A stretch of 64,000 nucleotides of DNA from Patescibacteria group bacterium (GCA_041651195.1 JBAZJR010000003.1:82441-146440), one strand, 5' to 3'. Positions 11,044 to 20,830 are shown, counted from the stretch's first letter. Made by a program: numbers and translations. The notes: generated by a model from the sequence alone, not told the origin.

Positions 11044-11691
11044 ATGAAAATCAAAGTTTATAATCAGAACGCCGAACCGGTCAAAGACTTGGAACTGTCA
11101 GTTAAGATTTTTGGCGTCAAGCCGAATAACGAATTATTGCATCAGGCGGTCGTCGCCAGCCAAGCCAATGCCCGCCAGGTCTTGGCTGATACCAAAGATC
11201 GGAGCGAAGTCTCCGGCGGCGGGAAGAAACCGTGGAAACAGAAAGGCACCGGCCGGGCGCGCGTCGGCTCTAGCCGTTCGCCGCTGTGGAAAGGCGGCGG
11301 CGTGATTTTCGGTCCGACCAAAGACCGTAACTTCAAACAGAAGCTGAATCAGAAGATGAAGCAGAAGGCTCTGTTTATGGCTTTATCCGATAAGTTTGCG
11401 GCGCAAACTCTTGTTGTCTTGGATGAACTGAAATTTTCGGAATACAAAACCAAGCTTTTCAACCAGCTTTTGGGCGCGGTGGAAAAGAAAATTTTAAATA
11501 ATGATCGGCGCGATATCCTGGTCATCAATGACGGGAAGAGCGAGACCGTGCGTTATTCCGGCCGGAACCTGGCTGGCGTCAAGATTATCAATCTAGAAAA
11601 TCTGAATCTGCTCGATCTCCTTAATTATAAAAATTTATTGCTGACGGAAGCGGGTATCAAGACTCTGACCGACCGCTATAATAATAAATAA
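11044..11691 (+). CDS. rplD: 50S ribosomal protein L4
   Basis: GGGKKPWKQKGTGRAR...SPLWKGGG motif. Confidence 0.93.
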   Translation: MKIKVYNQNAEPVKDLELSVKIFGVKPNNELLHQAVVASQANARQVLADTKDRSEVSGGGKKPWKQKGTGRARVGSSRSPLWKGGGVIFGPTKDRNFKQKLNQKMKQKALFMALSDKFAAQTLVVLDELKFSEYKTKLFNQLLGAVEKKILNNDRRDILVINDGKSETVRYSGRNLAGVKIINLENLNLLDLLNYKNLLLTEAGIKTLTDRYNNK

Positions 11692-11703
11692 ACTCCAAGA
11701 TAT

Positions 11704-12162
11704 ATGGCTTTATTCGGCGCTAAAAAAACAGGGCAAGATAATAAAAAAACTACCGCTGTGGCTGCGGTCAAGAAAGAAGCAGCCAAACCGGCCGCGGCCA
11801 GCATGCAGGATCTGTATGCCGATACGGCGGTGGCGGCCAAAGCCGGAGCCGGCAAGGGAACGGCGAGCGCGCTCCAACCAGGTCTCCAGAAGATCCTCCT
11901 AAAACCGGTGATTACGGAAAAGGCGACTCGCCAGGTTGAAAAGAATAAATATTCTTTCCTCGTCGCGGCTTCGGCCAATAAGATTTCGGTCGCTAAGGCG
12001 GTGCGCGCCTTGTATGGCGTCAAGCCGCTTGATGTCAATATCCTGAACCGCCGCGGCAAGAAAGTCGCGCGTGGCCGGATCCAGGGACAGCGGAGCGCGA
12101 CGAAGATCGCGTTAGTCACTCTCGCTAAGGGTGAAACCATCAAGATTTACGAAGGCGTTTAA
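11704..12162 (+). CDS. rplW: 50S ribosomal protein L23 (N-terminal extension)
   Basis: C-terminal about 95 aa match L23 (KILLKPVITEKAT...KGETIKIY). About 55-aa Ala/Lys-rich N-terminal extension. Confidence 0.9.
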   Translation: MALFGAKKTGQDNKKTTAVAAVKKEAAKPAAASMQDLYADTAVAAKAGAGKGTASALQPGLQKILLKPVITEKATRQVEKNKYSFLVAASANKISVAKAVRALYGVKPLDVNILNRRGKKVARGRIQGQRSATKIALVTLAKGETIKIYEGV

Positions 12163-12184
12163 TCAATAAATTTTCAAGGCATAT

Positions 12185-13021
12185 ATGGGCATTAAAAAAG
12201 TAAAAGCGAATACTCCCGGACGGCGCGAAGCCACTTTTGATACTTTCACCGACCTGACTAAATTTACGCCGGAGAAGAGATTGGTGGCCATCAAGAAGAG
12301 ACGGGGCGGCCGCAACGCGAGCGGCAAGATTACGGTCCGCCATCGCGGCGGCGGCGCTAAGCGCTATATTCGGTTAGTGGATTTCAAGCGTGATAAATAT
12401 AATGTGCCGGCGACGGTCGCGGCGATCGAATATGACCCGAATCGCGGCGCGCGTTTGGCTTTATTGCATTATGCCGACGGCGCGAAAAGATATATCATCG
12501 CTCCGTCCGATCTGACGATCGGCGAAAAGGTCATGAGCTCCCAGGAATTGATCGAAATCAAGAATGGCAACGCTCTGCCGTTGCAATTCATTCCGGCCGG
12601 CATGGCGGTCAGCTGCGTCGAGTTGGAACCGGGCCAGGGCGCGAAGATCGCGCGCGGTGCCGGTAACGTCGTTTATGTCATGGGCGTGGAAGGGAAATAC
12701 GCGCAGCTGAAGATGCCATCGGGCGAAATCCGCCAGGTAAAGAAAGAGTGCCTGTGCACGATCGGCCGGGCCAGCAACGCGGATCGCCGCCATATCTCCT
12801 TAGGCAAGGCCGGCCGTAACCGCCATTTAGGCATCCGTCCGACGGTGAGAGGCACGGCTATGAATCCGGTCGATCATCCGCACGGCGGCGGCGAAGGCAA
12901 CCAGCCGATCGGTCTGCGCCACCCGAAGACCCCGTGGGGCAAGCCGGCTCTGGGCGTCAAGACGCGGCGCAAGCGCCATAGCGATCGCCTGATAATTAAC
13001 CGTCGAACTAAGAGGAAATAA
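12185..13021 (+). CDS. rplB: 50S ribosomal protein L2
   Basis: 278 aa, GRNASGKITVRHRGGG, HPHGGGEG motifs. Confidence 0.96.
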   Translation: MGIKKVKANTPGRREATFDTFTDLTKFTPEKRLVAIKKRRGGRNASGKITVRHRGGGAKRYIRLVDFKRDKYNVPATVAAIEYDPNRGARLALLHYADGAKRYIIAPSDLTIGEKVMSSQELIEIKNGNALPLQFIPAGMAVSCVELEPGQGAKIARGAGNVVYVMGVEGKYAQLKMPSGEIRQVKKECLCTIGRASNADRRHISLGKAGRNRHLGIRPTVRGTAMNPVDHPHGGGEGNQPIGLRHPKTPWGKPALGVKTRRKRHSDRLIINRRTKRK

Positions 13022-13030
13022 TAAACATAT

Positions 13031-13318
13031 ATGTCCAGAAGTCTAAAAAAGGGACCCTACGTCAATCTGCGGCTCCTGAATAAGATAAAAAAGCTGAAAG
13101 CGGGCGATAAGGCCGTCATCAAGGTCTGGGATCGCGCCTGCACGGTCACGCCGGAGATGGTCGGTTTCACCCTCGGCGTACATAACGGCAAGACCCATCT
13201 GCCCATCTATATCGTAGAGAATATGGTCGGCCATCGCTTAGGCGAATTTTCTCCGACCCGCAAGTTCCCGGGTCATGGCGGCAAGATGGCTAAATCGCAG
13301 GCCGCGGATAAGAAATAA
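13031..13318 (+). CDS. rpsS: 30S ribosomal protein S19
   Basis: [11 protein letters not shown]...GHRLGEF..TR.F.GH pattern. Confidence 0.95.
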   Translation: MSRSLKKGPYVNLRLLNKIKKLKAGDKAVIKVWDRACTVTPEMVGFTLGVHNGKTHLPIYIVENMVGHRLGEFSPTRKFPGHGGKMAKSQAADKK

Positions 13319-13335
13319 TTTTTAATCATGATCAT

Positions 13336-13842
13336 ATGGAAGTGAAAGCCAGTTTAAAACATTTACGGATGTCGCCCCGGAAGATCCGGTTAGTGATCGA
13401 TGTCATCCGGAAGATGCCGGTCGCGACGGCCTTGGATCAATTGCGCTTTATCAATAAGTTAGCGGCGGAACCAGTCGCTAAGCTGATCAAGTCGGCGATT
13501 GCCAATGCGGAAAATACTTTCAGCTTGGAGCGCGCCAATCTCTATATCAAAGAGATCCGGTCTGATGAAGGCGTGATGCTGAAACGCTGGATGCCGCGCG
13601 CGCACGGCCGAGCAACTTCGCTCCGGAAACGCGGTTGCCACCTGTCCCTGGTCTTAGGCGAGATCAAGGCGAGCGGCCAGAAGGAGAAGAAGACGGTCAA
13701 AGTCGCGGATCCGGTCAAGCTGGAAAAGCTAGCCAAAGAAGGCGAAGCGGCCGTTGCTAAGACCGCCCTGAAAGCGGCCAAAGAAAAGGGTCGGAAAGCC
13801 GCCGGCGAAAAGACTAAGATGTTCAGGCGCAAGGCCGGTTAA
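13336..13842 (+). CDS. rplV: 50S ribosomal protein L22 (C-terminal Lys/Ala-rich extension)
   Basis: MEVKASLKHLRMSPRKIRLVIDVIR N-terminus typical of L22. Confidence 0.92.
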   Translation: MEVKASLKHLRMSPRKIRLVIDVIRKMPVATALDQLRFINKLAAEPVAKLIKSAIANAENTFSLERANLYIKEIRSDEGVMLKRWMPRAHGRATSLRKRGCHLSLVLGEIKASGQKEKKTVKVADPVKLEKLAKEGEAAVAKTALKAAKEKGRKAAGEKTKMFRRKAG

Positions 13843-13869
13843 TATTAAATATTCGTAATTTTGAATACT

Positions 13870-14550
13870 ATGGGTAAAAAAGTTAATCCAAAAATCCTGC
13901 GCATGGGCATCACCAAGACTTGGCCGTCCTTATGGTTTGAAAAAGGCGATAAGTATGTGAAGAATATCCGCCAGGACATCGGCCTCCGGAAGTATATGAT
14001 CAAGGAATTCCGGGAAGCGGGCGTGGATAAGGTAGAAATCGTGCGCAGTATCAGCAAGGTGGAAATCAATATCGCGACGGCTAAACCGGGCCTCATCATC
14101 GGCCGCGGCGGCAATGGCGCCGAAGAATTAAAAAAGAAATTACACGATAAGTTTTTAAAAAATCTACGTTTAGGCGAAATTAGCCTGAATATCAAAGAGT
14201 GCAATCGGCCGAACCTGAGCGCCCAGATTACCGTGCAGGGGATGATCCTGGAGATCGAGAAGCGCATGCCTTTCCGGAAAGTGATGAAACAGACGCTCGG
14301 CAAGATCGAGCGGGCCGGCGCGCTCGGCGCCAAGATCGTGATTTCCGGACGCTTGAACGGCGCGGAAATCGCCCGGACCGAGAAATTGGTCTGGGGCAAG
14401 GTGCCGCTCGCTACTTTGCGCGCGGATATCGATTATGCCCGCGGCGCGGCGCAGACGACCTACGGTTCGATCGGAATCAAGGTTTGGATCTATAAGGGCG
14501 AAGTATTTTCCAAGGAAAAAGCGGCTAAAGGCGAAGTGATCGCCGAATAA
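13870..14550 (+). CDS. rpsC: 30S ribosomal protein S3
   Basis: MGKKVNPKILRMGITKTW..., KH domain. ORF-track start 13861 (MNTM...) is possible, but MGKKVNP matches canonical S3 N-terminus. Confidence 0.93.
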   Translation: MGKKVNPKILRMGITKTWPSLWFEKGDKYVKNIRQDIGLRKYMIKEFREAGVDKVEIVRSISKVEINIATAKPGLIIGRGGNGAEELKKKLHDKFLKNLRLGEISLNIKECNRPNLSAQITVQGMILEIEKRMPFRKVMKQTLGKIERAGALGAKIVISGRLNGAEIARTEKLVWGKVPLATLRADIDYARGAAQTTYGSIGIKVWIYKGEVFSKEKAAKGEVIAE

Positions 14551-14570
14551 AATAAACATCGAGAAATTAT

Positions 14571-14978
14571 ATGTTAATGCCAAAGAAAACTAAATGGAGG
14601 AAGGACCAGAAGCGCCGCCGCGGCGGTAAAGCGAGCCGTAATCTGAATATCAGTTTCGGAAGCTTCGGCCTGAAGAGCTTGTCGGCCTGCTGGGTGACTT
14701 CCCGCCAGATTGAAGCGGCACGTCGCGTTATGACCCAATACGTCAAGAAAGGCGGCCAGATCTGGATCCGCATTTTCCCGGATAAGCCGGTTACGGCGCA
14801 TGGCGGCGAGATCCCGATGGGTAAAGGCAAAGGCGCGGTCGATTATTATGTCGCGGTTATCAAGCCGGGCATGGTCATGTTCGAGATGGAAGGTATTACT
14901 AAAGACACGGCCAAGAAAGCGATGGAGCTGGCCGCGTATAAGCTGCCGGTGAAATGCCAGTTTATCAGTAAAGAATAA
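14571..14978 (+). CDS. rplP: 50S ribosomal protein L16
   Basis: MLMPKKTKWRK... canonical L16 start, 135 aa. Confidence 0.95.
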   Translation: MLMPKKTKWRKDQKRRRGGKASRNLNISFGSFGLKSLSACWVTSRQIEAARRVMTQYVKKGGQIWIRIFPDKPVTAHGGEIPMGKGKGAVDYYVAVIKPGMVMFEMEGITKDTAKKAMELAAYKLPVKCQFISKE

Positions 14979-14984
14979 AATTAT

Positions 14985-15170
14985 ATGGATTTTAAAGAAT
15001 TAACAACCAAGGGCGCGGCCGATTTACAGAAATTATTGACGTCTTCCCGGGAAAGATTGCGGGAGCTGCGTTTCAAGGATTCTAATAAACAGCTCAAGAA
15101 TATCCGGGAGATCAGAGCGGCCAAGACTTTAGTGGCCCAGATTTTAACTTTGTTAAATAAGCAAAAATAA
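14985..15170 (+). CDS. rpmC: 50S ribosomal protein L29
   Basis: 61 aa, LRELRFK...QLKN.REIR pattern. Confidence 0.9.
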   Translation: MDFKELTTKGAADLQKLLTSSRERLRELRFKDSNKQLKNIREIRAAKTLVAQILTLLNKQK

Positions 15171-15171
15171 T

Positions 15172-15456
15172 ATGGCCAGCAGCAAAGAGAAAAAACAAAA
15201 CGCCACGACCGTCGCCGCCCCCGCCGCCGTCATCAGCAAGAGATTCCAGGGCGTTGTCGTGAGCGATAAGAACGATAAGACTATCATCGTTAAGGTCGAA
15301 TCGGTCAAGAAGCATCCGAAATATCAAAAGCGTTATGTCGTCAGCCGGAAATATAAGGTCCATGACGAGGCTAACCAGTATCATGTCGGCGATCAGGTCG
15401 TCTTTATCGAATGCCGCCCGCTCAGCCGTGATAAGCGCTGGCGCGTTATAAAATAG
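15172..15456 (+). CDS. rpsQ: 30S ribosomal protein S17
   Basis: [37 protein letters not shown] motif. Confidence 0.93.
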   Translation: MASSKEKKQNATTVAAPAAVISKRFQGVVVSDKNDKTIIVKVESVKKHPKYQKRYVVSRKYKVHDEANQYHVGDQVVFIECRPLSRDKRWRVIK

Positions 15457-15478
15457 TCCGCGGATAATCAATAAATAT

Positions 15479-15853
15479 ATGGTGCAAGTACAAACTTATT
15501 TGAAGATTGCCGATAATTCCGGCGCGAAAGAAGCGCAATGTATCCGCGTTTTGGGCGGCTATAAGCGCCGCTACGGCCGTGTGGGCGATATCATCGTCGC
15601 GGCGGTCAAGTCCGCCGTACCGCATGCTGGCGTCAAGAAAGGCGACGTCGTTAAGGCTGTCATCGTCCGGACCAAGAAAGAGATCCGCCGGCCGGACGGT
15701 TCTTATGTGCGTTTTGATGATAACGCCGCCGTCATTATCGTCGATATCGAGAAGAAAGACCCGAAGGGCACCCGTATTTTCGGTCCGGTCGCCCGGGAAG
15801 TGCGGCGCGCCGGCTTTGTTAAGATCGCTTCTTTGGCGCCAGAAGTTTTATAA
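15479..15853 (+). CDS. rplN: 50S ribosomal protein L14
   Basis: [20 protein letters not shown]... canonical L14. Confidence 0.95.
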   Translation: MVQVQTYLKIADNSGAKEAQCIRVLGGYKRRYGRVGDIIVAAVKSAVPHAGVKKGDVVKAVIVRTKKEIRRPDGSYVRFDDNAAVIIVDIEKKDPKGTRIFGPVAREVRRAGFVKIASLAPEVL

Positions 15854-15925
15854 CGGACGCCGGCAAGAGAAAATTTGCTTTTCTAAGCCGGGGGATTCAT
15901 AGAGAATATAAATGACATAGACTAT

Positions 15926-16252
15926 ATGTATATCAAAAAGAACGACACCGTAAAAATATTAGCCGGCAAGGATAAGGGGAAGACCGGCAAGGTTTTGCAG
16001 ATCCTGCCCGAGGAAGGCCGTGCCAGCGTCGAGGGCTTGAATCTCCTGATCAAGCATCTTCGGCCGCGCAAGAGCGGGGAGAAGGGGCAACGGATCGAAT
16101 TCCCGTCTTTCGTGGATATTTCTAATCTTGCCTTAGTTTGCCCGAAGTGCGGCAAAACGACTCGGGCGGGAGCTAAGATCATCCCGTCATCGGCGGGCCA
16201 ACCGGCCAAGAAGTCGCGCGTCTGCAAGAAATGCCAGGAAGTAATTGAGTAA
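15926..16252 (+). CDS. rplX: 50S ribosomal protein L24 with C-terminal C4 zinc-ribbon
   Basis: KOW region IKKNDTVKILAGKDKGKTGKV. C-terminal CPKCGK...(19 aa)...CKKC zinc-ribbon-like motif. Confidence 0.9.
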   Translation: MYIKKNDTVKILAGKDKGKTGKVLQILPEEGRASVEGLNLLIKHLRPRKSGEKGQRIEFPSFVDISNLALVCPKCGKTTRAGAKIIPSSAGQPAKKSRVCKKCQEVIE

Positions 16253-16267
16253 AGACAAAATATCCAT

Positions 16268-16813
16268 ATGACATTAAAAGAAAAGTATAAAAAAGAAATC
16301 GTGCCGAAGATGGAAGAGAAATTCGGCTTTAAGAACGATATGCTCGTGCCTAGCCTGACTAAGGTCGTCTTAAACGTCGGTTTCGGCAGCCACCCGAAAG
16401 AAAAAGAATTTATGGCCAGCGTGGAGAAAGGCCTGATGAAGATTACCGGGCAGAAACCGGTCTTCACTAAGGCCAAGAAATCCATCTCCGCCTTCAAGAT
16501 CCGGGAAGGCTTGGTGATCGGCGCTAAAGTGACTTTACGGGGCCAGCGGATGTATGATTTTACCGATAAGCTGGTCAATATCACTTTCCCGCGCGTCCGC
16601 GATTTCCGCGGTATCAGCGAAAAGGCAGTCGATAATACCGGCAATTTGACCGTTGGCTTTAAAGATTATACGGCTTTTCCGGAAATCCGCTTAGAGGAAG
16701 TAGATAATAATTATGGCCTGGAAGTCTGCTTATCGACCAGCGCCCGGAACCGGGCAGAAGGCCTGGAACTTTTCCGTTTCCTAGGGTTCCCGTTTAAAAA
16801 AGACAGCAAATAA
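16268..16813 (+). CDS. rplE: 50S ribosomal protein L5
   Basis: 181 aa, LKEKYKKEIVPKM...NYGLEVC..T pattern. Confidence 0.95.
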   Translation: MTLKEKYKKEIVPKMEEKFGFKNDMLVPSLTKVVLNVGFGSHPKEKEFMASVEKGLMKITGQKPVFTKAKKSISAFKIREGLVIGAKVTLRGQRMYDFTDKLVNITFPRVRDFRGISEKAVDNTGNLTVGFKDYTAFPEIRLEEVDNNYGLEVCLSTSARNRAEGLELFRFLGFPFKKDSK

Positions 16814-16824
16814 TTTAAATATAT

Positions 16825-17010
16825 ATGGCTAGAACTGCTTTAATCGTCAAAGCATCAAGAAAACCGAAATTTTCCACCCGGATCATCCACCGGTGTTGGC
16901 GCTGCGGCCGCAATCACGGCTATATGCGGGATTTTAAATTATGCCGTATCTGTTTCCGCGAACTCGCTGACAACGGGGACTTGCCGGGCATCCGGAAGTC
17001 CAGTTGGTAA
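16825..17010 (+). CDS. rpsZ: 30S ribosomal protein S14 type Z (zinc-binding)
   Basis: 61 aa, CWRCGR...CRIC zinc motif. Confidence 0.93.
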   Translation: MARTALIVKASRKPKFSTRIIHRCWRCGRNHGYMRDFKLCRICFRELADNGDLPGIRKSSW

Positions 17011-17036
17011 ACATATAATTAAACACCAAGAATAAT

Positions 17037-17447
17037 ATGATGGATCCCATCGCAGACATGTTCACAAGAATTAGAAACGCTTCCGCGGTCCGGAAGCCGG
17101 AGATCGTTTTGCCATTCAGCAAATTGAAATACGAAATCGCTAAGATTTTGGAAACGGAAGGCTGGGTGAAGAAAGTGGCAATCGTGGCCGGCGGGCTGAA
17201 AGGACGGCATAATAATTTTGACGAACTGCAAATTCAATTGAAATATCGGAAGAACGGCAAGCCGCAGATCGCCGAGATCAAGCGGATCAGCCGGCCGGGC
17301 TTGAAGATCTATGTCAGCAAGGACGAGATTCCGACAGTCTTGAATAATTTCGGGATCGCGATCATCTCCACATCCAAGGGCTTGATGACGAATCGGGAGG
17401 CGAAGAAGCAGCGGATCGGCGGCGAAGTCTTGGGAGAGATCTTTTAA
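17037..17447 (+). CDS. rpsH: 30S ribosomal protein S8
   Basis: DPIADMFTRIRNA signature. Confidence 0.95.
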   Translation: MMDPIADMFTRIRNASAVRKPEIVLPFSKLKYEIAKILETEGWVKKVAIVAGGLKGRHNNFDELQIQLKYRKNGKPQIAEIKRISRPGLKIYVSKDEIPTVLNNFGIAIISTSKGLMTNREAKKQRIGGEVLGEIF

Positions 17448-17468
17448 TCATCTTAAAGTATTACCAAT

Positions 17469-18014
17469 ATGTCACGTTTAGGAAAATTGCCAATCAAATT
17501 GACCCCGCCCGCCCAAGTCTCCATCAGCGACGTGGAAATGGTCTTTAAAGGGCCGAAAGGCGAATTGCGCGTTCCGCTTAATCCGCTGATTGCCGCGCGC
17601 GTAGAAAATAATGAATTGACTTTAGCCCCGAAAGATAAGGCGGCTAAAGCGGCGAGCGCGGTCTGGGGCCTGATGTGGAGCCTGGCTCGCAATGCCGCGG
17701 CCGGAGTGAGCACCGGCTTTGTCCGGAAGCTAGAAATCAACGGTGTCGGTTATCGGGCGGCCGTCGCTGGCGATAAGCTGAATATGAATCTCGGCTTTTC
17801 CCATCCAGTGGAATTCAAGCTGCCGAAAGGAGTGACCGCGAGCGTCGCGGCTAACGTCATCACTTTAGAAAGCGCGGATAAAGCGCTCTTAGGCGAAACC
17901 GCCGCGCAGATCCGGAAGATCCGTAAGCCGGAGCCGTATAAGGGGAAAGGCGTCAAATATGCGGAAGAAGTTATTAGGCGCAAGGCCGGTAAGTCGGCGG
18001 CGAAGGGTAAATAA
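17469..18014 (+). CDS. rplF: 50S ribosomal protein L6
   Basis: MSRLGKLPI... two-repeat L6 fold, 181 aa. Confidence 0.94.
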   Translation: MSRLGKLPIKLTPPAQVSISDVEMVFKGPKGELRVPLNPLIAARVENNELTLAPKDKAAKAASAVWGLMWSLARNAAAGVSTGFVRKLEINGVGYRAAVAGDKLNMNLGFSHPVEFKLPKGVTASVAANVITLESADKALLGETAAQIRKIRKPEPYKGKGVKYAEEVIRRKAGKSAAKGK

Positions 18015-18037
18015 TCGTTTATCAGCATTTTAATCAT

Positions 18038-18391
18038 ATGGATAAAATAACAGCCAAAAATTTGCGTCAGGAACGCCGCCACGGCCGCGTTCGCGCTAAA
18101 GTCTCCGGTACGGCGGCGCGTCCTCGTTTGAGCGTCTACCGTTCTAATACCGGCATGTTCCTGCAACTCATCGATGACGCGAGCGGCCAGACTTTGGCGA
18201 GCGCCACCTTGAAAGAAGTCAAGGCGGCTGAGAATCGGATCGCGACGAGCAAAGAGCTCGGCAAATTGATCGCTCAGAAAGCCGGTGCGAAAAAGATTAC
18301 GAAAGCCGTCTTTGACCGCGGTTTTTATAAATATCACGGACGCGTTAAAGCGGCGGCCGAAGGCGCGCGCGAGGGCGGTCTGGAATTTTAA
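18038..18391 (+). CDS. rplR: 50S ribosomal protein L18
   Basis: RPRLSVYRSN....QLIDD pattern. Confidence 0.93.
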   Translation: MDKITAKNLRQERRHGRVRAKVSGTAARPRLSVYRSNTGMFLQLIDDASGQTLASATLKEVKAAENRIATSKELGKLIAQKAGAKKITKAVFDRGFYKYHGRVKAAAEGAREGGLEF

Positions 18392-18428
18392 TTAAGCGAT
18401 CACTTTTGCTAAAAGCAACATATATCAT

Positions 18429-19079
18429 ATGGAAGACAAAAAAATAAAAACCGAAGATAAGGCTAAAGATATTTCCCAAGGGGCGGCGAAGACGGTCGCG
18501 CAGGATGTCTATGGCGCTCCGAAGCGCGGCGGACAGGGCGGACGCGACAGCGGCCGTGGCCGAGGCGGCAAAGGCTTTAATCGCGGCGAACGCCCGAAGG
18601 AAGAGATCGAACAGCGGATCCTGGAGGTCGCGCGGGTGACGCGCGTTATGGCGGGCGGCAAGAGGATGAATTTCCGAGCTTGCGTGGCGATCGGCGATCG
18701 GAAGGGGAATGTCGGCGTCGGCTTAGGCAAAGGCGCGGATGTGACCATGGCCGTCAATAAAGCGGTTAATCGGGCCAAGAAGAGCATGGTCAATGTTCCG
18801 ATGGTCAATGAGACTATCCCGCACGCAGTGGCTCATAAGATGGGCGCGGCGCGCTTGATATTGAAGCCGGCCAAGAAAGGCCGCGGCGTCATCGCCGGCG
18901 GGGTGACGCGGGCGATTTTAGAATTAGCCGGCGTCAGCAATATCACCAGCAAGACCTTGGGTTCCAAGAATAAGATCAATAACGCCCGTTGTACTTTGGA
19001 GGCTCTGGCCAGCCTGCGCCGGGGAGAAGGGAAAGAAGCGGTTCAGGCCGATAAGAAAGAAGCTAACAAGGAAAAATAA
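18429..19079 (+). CDS. rpsE: 30S ribosomal protein S5 (N-terminal Gly/Arg-rich extension)
   Basis: RVTRVMAGGKRMNFRACVAIGDRKGNVGVGLGKGADV signature. About 50-aa extension. Confidence 0.94.
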   Translation: MEDKKIKTEDKAKDISQGAAKTVAQDVYGAPKRGGQGGRDSGRGRGGKGFNRGERPKEEIEQRILEVARVTRVMAGGKRMNFRACVAIGDRKGNVGVGLGKGADVTMAVNKAVNRAKKSMVNVPMVNETIPHAVAHKMGAARLILKPAKKGRGVIAGGVTRAILELAGVSNITSKTLGSKNKINNARCTLEALASLRRGEGKEAVQADKKEANKEK

Positions 19080-19084
19080 AATAT

Positions 19085-19498
19085 ATGTTATCACTTAATA
19101 CCATAACCCAGGCCAAGGGGCGCGCTAAGAAAAATAAACGGGTCGGCCGCGGCAACGCTTCCGGCCACGGCACTTATAGCACGCGCGGTTTGAAGGGCCA
19201 GAAATCCCGGTCCGGCGTCTCCGGCCTGAAACGTTTGGGCTTAAAAAAACAATTGCTGCAGATTCCTAAATCGCGCGGCTTCAAATCTTTGAATCCGAAG
19301 AATCAGGTCGTCTCGGTCAAGGCGATCAATAATAATTTTAAAGATGGCGAGACGGTCAGCCCGGATTCTTTGATGGCCAAGCGGCTGGTCTCTTCCGCCG
19401 CCAAGCCGATCAAGATTCTGGGTAAAGAAAAATTGACCGTTAAGGCCAAATTTGAGAAGATTAAGATGAGCGCGAGCCTGACCCAACAGTTAAATTAA
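19085..19498 (+). CDS. rplO: 50S ribosomal protein L15
   Basis: RVGRGNASGHGTYSTRGLKGQKSRSG. Starts 5 nt after rpsE stop, so no rpmD (L30) between. Confidence 0.94.
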   Translation: MLSLNTITQAKGRAKKNKRVGRGNASGHGTYSTRGLKGQKSRSGVSGLKRLGLKKQLLQIPKSRGFKSLNPKNQVVSVKAINNNFKDGETVSPDSLMAKRLVSSAAKPIKILGKEKLTVKAKFEKIKMSASLTQQLN

Positions 19499-19502
19499 TT
19501 TT

Positions 19503-20774
19503 ATGTTCGATAAATTAGAGCAAATTTGGAAGGCGAAAGATTTGCGGAATAGCATCCTTTTCGTATTAGCCATGCTGGTGATTTTTCGCTTAGTCGCGCA
19601 CATCCCGGTGCCAGGCGTGAACGCAGTCGCCTTGAAGAATCTTTTCGCCTCCAACCAGATCTTAGGGCTCTTGAACCTGTTCTCCGGCGGCGGCATGGAG
19701 AATTTTTCTTTAGTGATGATGGGCGTCGCCCCCTACATTACTTCTTCCATTATTTTCCAGCTTCTGGGAATGATCTCCCCGAGCATCGAAGAGATGCAGA
19801 AGGAAGAAGCGGGGCGCCAGAAAATAAATATGTGGACCCGTTGGCTGACTGTGCCCTTAGCCTTATTTCAGGCTTACGGCATGATTACCTTATTGCGTCG
19901 CGGTTCAGCCGGCATTTTGGGCGATATCGCCCCATTTGATTTCGGCGTGATGCTGGTGACGATTACGGCTGGTTCGATTTTCTTGATGTGGCTGGGAGAG
20001 CTCATTACTGAGAAGAAGGTCGGTAACGGCATTTCGCTCTTGATTTTCGCCGGCATCGTGGCGGCTTTGCCGACCGCGGTGCAGCGGATCTTTGTCACTT
20101 TTGACCAGACCCAGCTCTTCATGCTGATCGGTTTCGTCGTCATCGGCTTAATTACGGTAGTCGGCGTCGTCGTCATCAACGAAGGGCAGCGCAATATTCC
20201 GGTCCAATACGCCCGTCAGGTCCGGGGCAACCGGACTTTCGGCGGCACGAGCACCCATTTGCCTTTGCGGGTCAATATGGCCGGCGTTATCCCGATTATT
20301 TTCGCGGTTTCCGTAGTCTTATTCCCGTCGATGATCGCCCAGTTCCTGGTTCATGCCAAGACCGCCTGGATCGCTTCAGCTGCCGAGAGCACGATCAGCC
20401 TTTTTAACAATCAATTATTTTATGGCGTGATCTATTTTGTCCTAGTCTTCGCTTTTACCTATTTTTATACGGAAGTAGTCTTCCATCCGGCACAGATCGC
20501 GGAAAATCTCCAGAAGCAGGGCGGCTTTATCCCCGGCATCCGGCCTGGCAAGAATACCAGCGACTATCTGTCAGCGACGACCCATAAGATAATCTTGGTC
20601 GGCGCCCTATTCCTCGGCTTGATCGCGGTCTTGCCGCTCATCATGCGTTATTTCACCGGCATCGAATCCTTGTCCGTGGGCGGGACCAGCCTGCTCATCG
20701 TCGTTTCCGTGGTGATCGAGACCGTCAAGCAGATCGAATCCCAGCTGACCATGCGGGAATACGACGGTTTATAA
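19503..20774 (+). CDS. secY: preprotein translocase subunit SecY
   Basis: 423 aa, 10 TM. LFSGGGMENFS... and C-terminal motif pattern typical of SecY. Follows rplO. Confidence 0.95.
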   Translation: MFDKLEQIWKAKDLRNSILFVLAMLVIFRLVAHIPVPGVNAVALKNLFASNQILGLLNLFSGGGMENFSLVMMGVAPYITSSIIFQLLGMISPSIEEMQKEEAGRQKINMWTRWLTVPLALFQAYGMITLLRRGSAGILGDIAPFDFGVMLVTITAGSIFLMWLGELITEKKVGNGISLLIFAGIVAALPTAVQRIFVTFDQTQLFMLIGFVVIGLITVVGVVVINEGQRNIPVQYARQVRGNRTFGGTSTHLPLRVNMAGVIPIIFAVSVVLFPSMIAQFLVHAKTAWIASAAESTISLFNNQLFYGVIYFVLVFAFTYFYTEVVFHPAQIAENLQKQGGFIPGIRPGKNTSDYLSATTHKIILVGALFLGLIAVLPLIMRYFTGIESLSVGGTSLLIVVSVVIETVKQIESQLTMREYDGL

Positions 20775-20802
20775 AATCAGGCATTTTTTATCCCTTATCA
20801 GG

Positions 20803-20830
20803 AAGCCGGCTTTTCTTGCCGGCTTTTTTG
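20803..20830 (+). terminator. rho-independent terminator after secY
   Basis: AAGCCGGC-TTTTCTT-GCCGGCTT 8-bp GC stem followed by TTTT. Confidence 0.7.

Noticed and set aside
11676-12143. 155-aa minus-strand ORF antisense to rplW
   Set aside because: Shadow ORF. L23 is on the plus strand.
13845-14399. 184-aa minus-strand ORF antisense to rpsC
   Set aside because: Shadow ORF. S3 on the plus strand is certain.
15922-16644. 240-aa minus-strand ORF antisense to rplX/rplE
   Set aside because: Shadow ORF spanning two conserved r-protein genes.
17750-18337. 195-aa minus-strand ORF antisense to rplF/rplR
   Set aside because: Shadow ORF.
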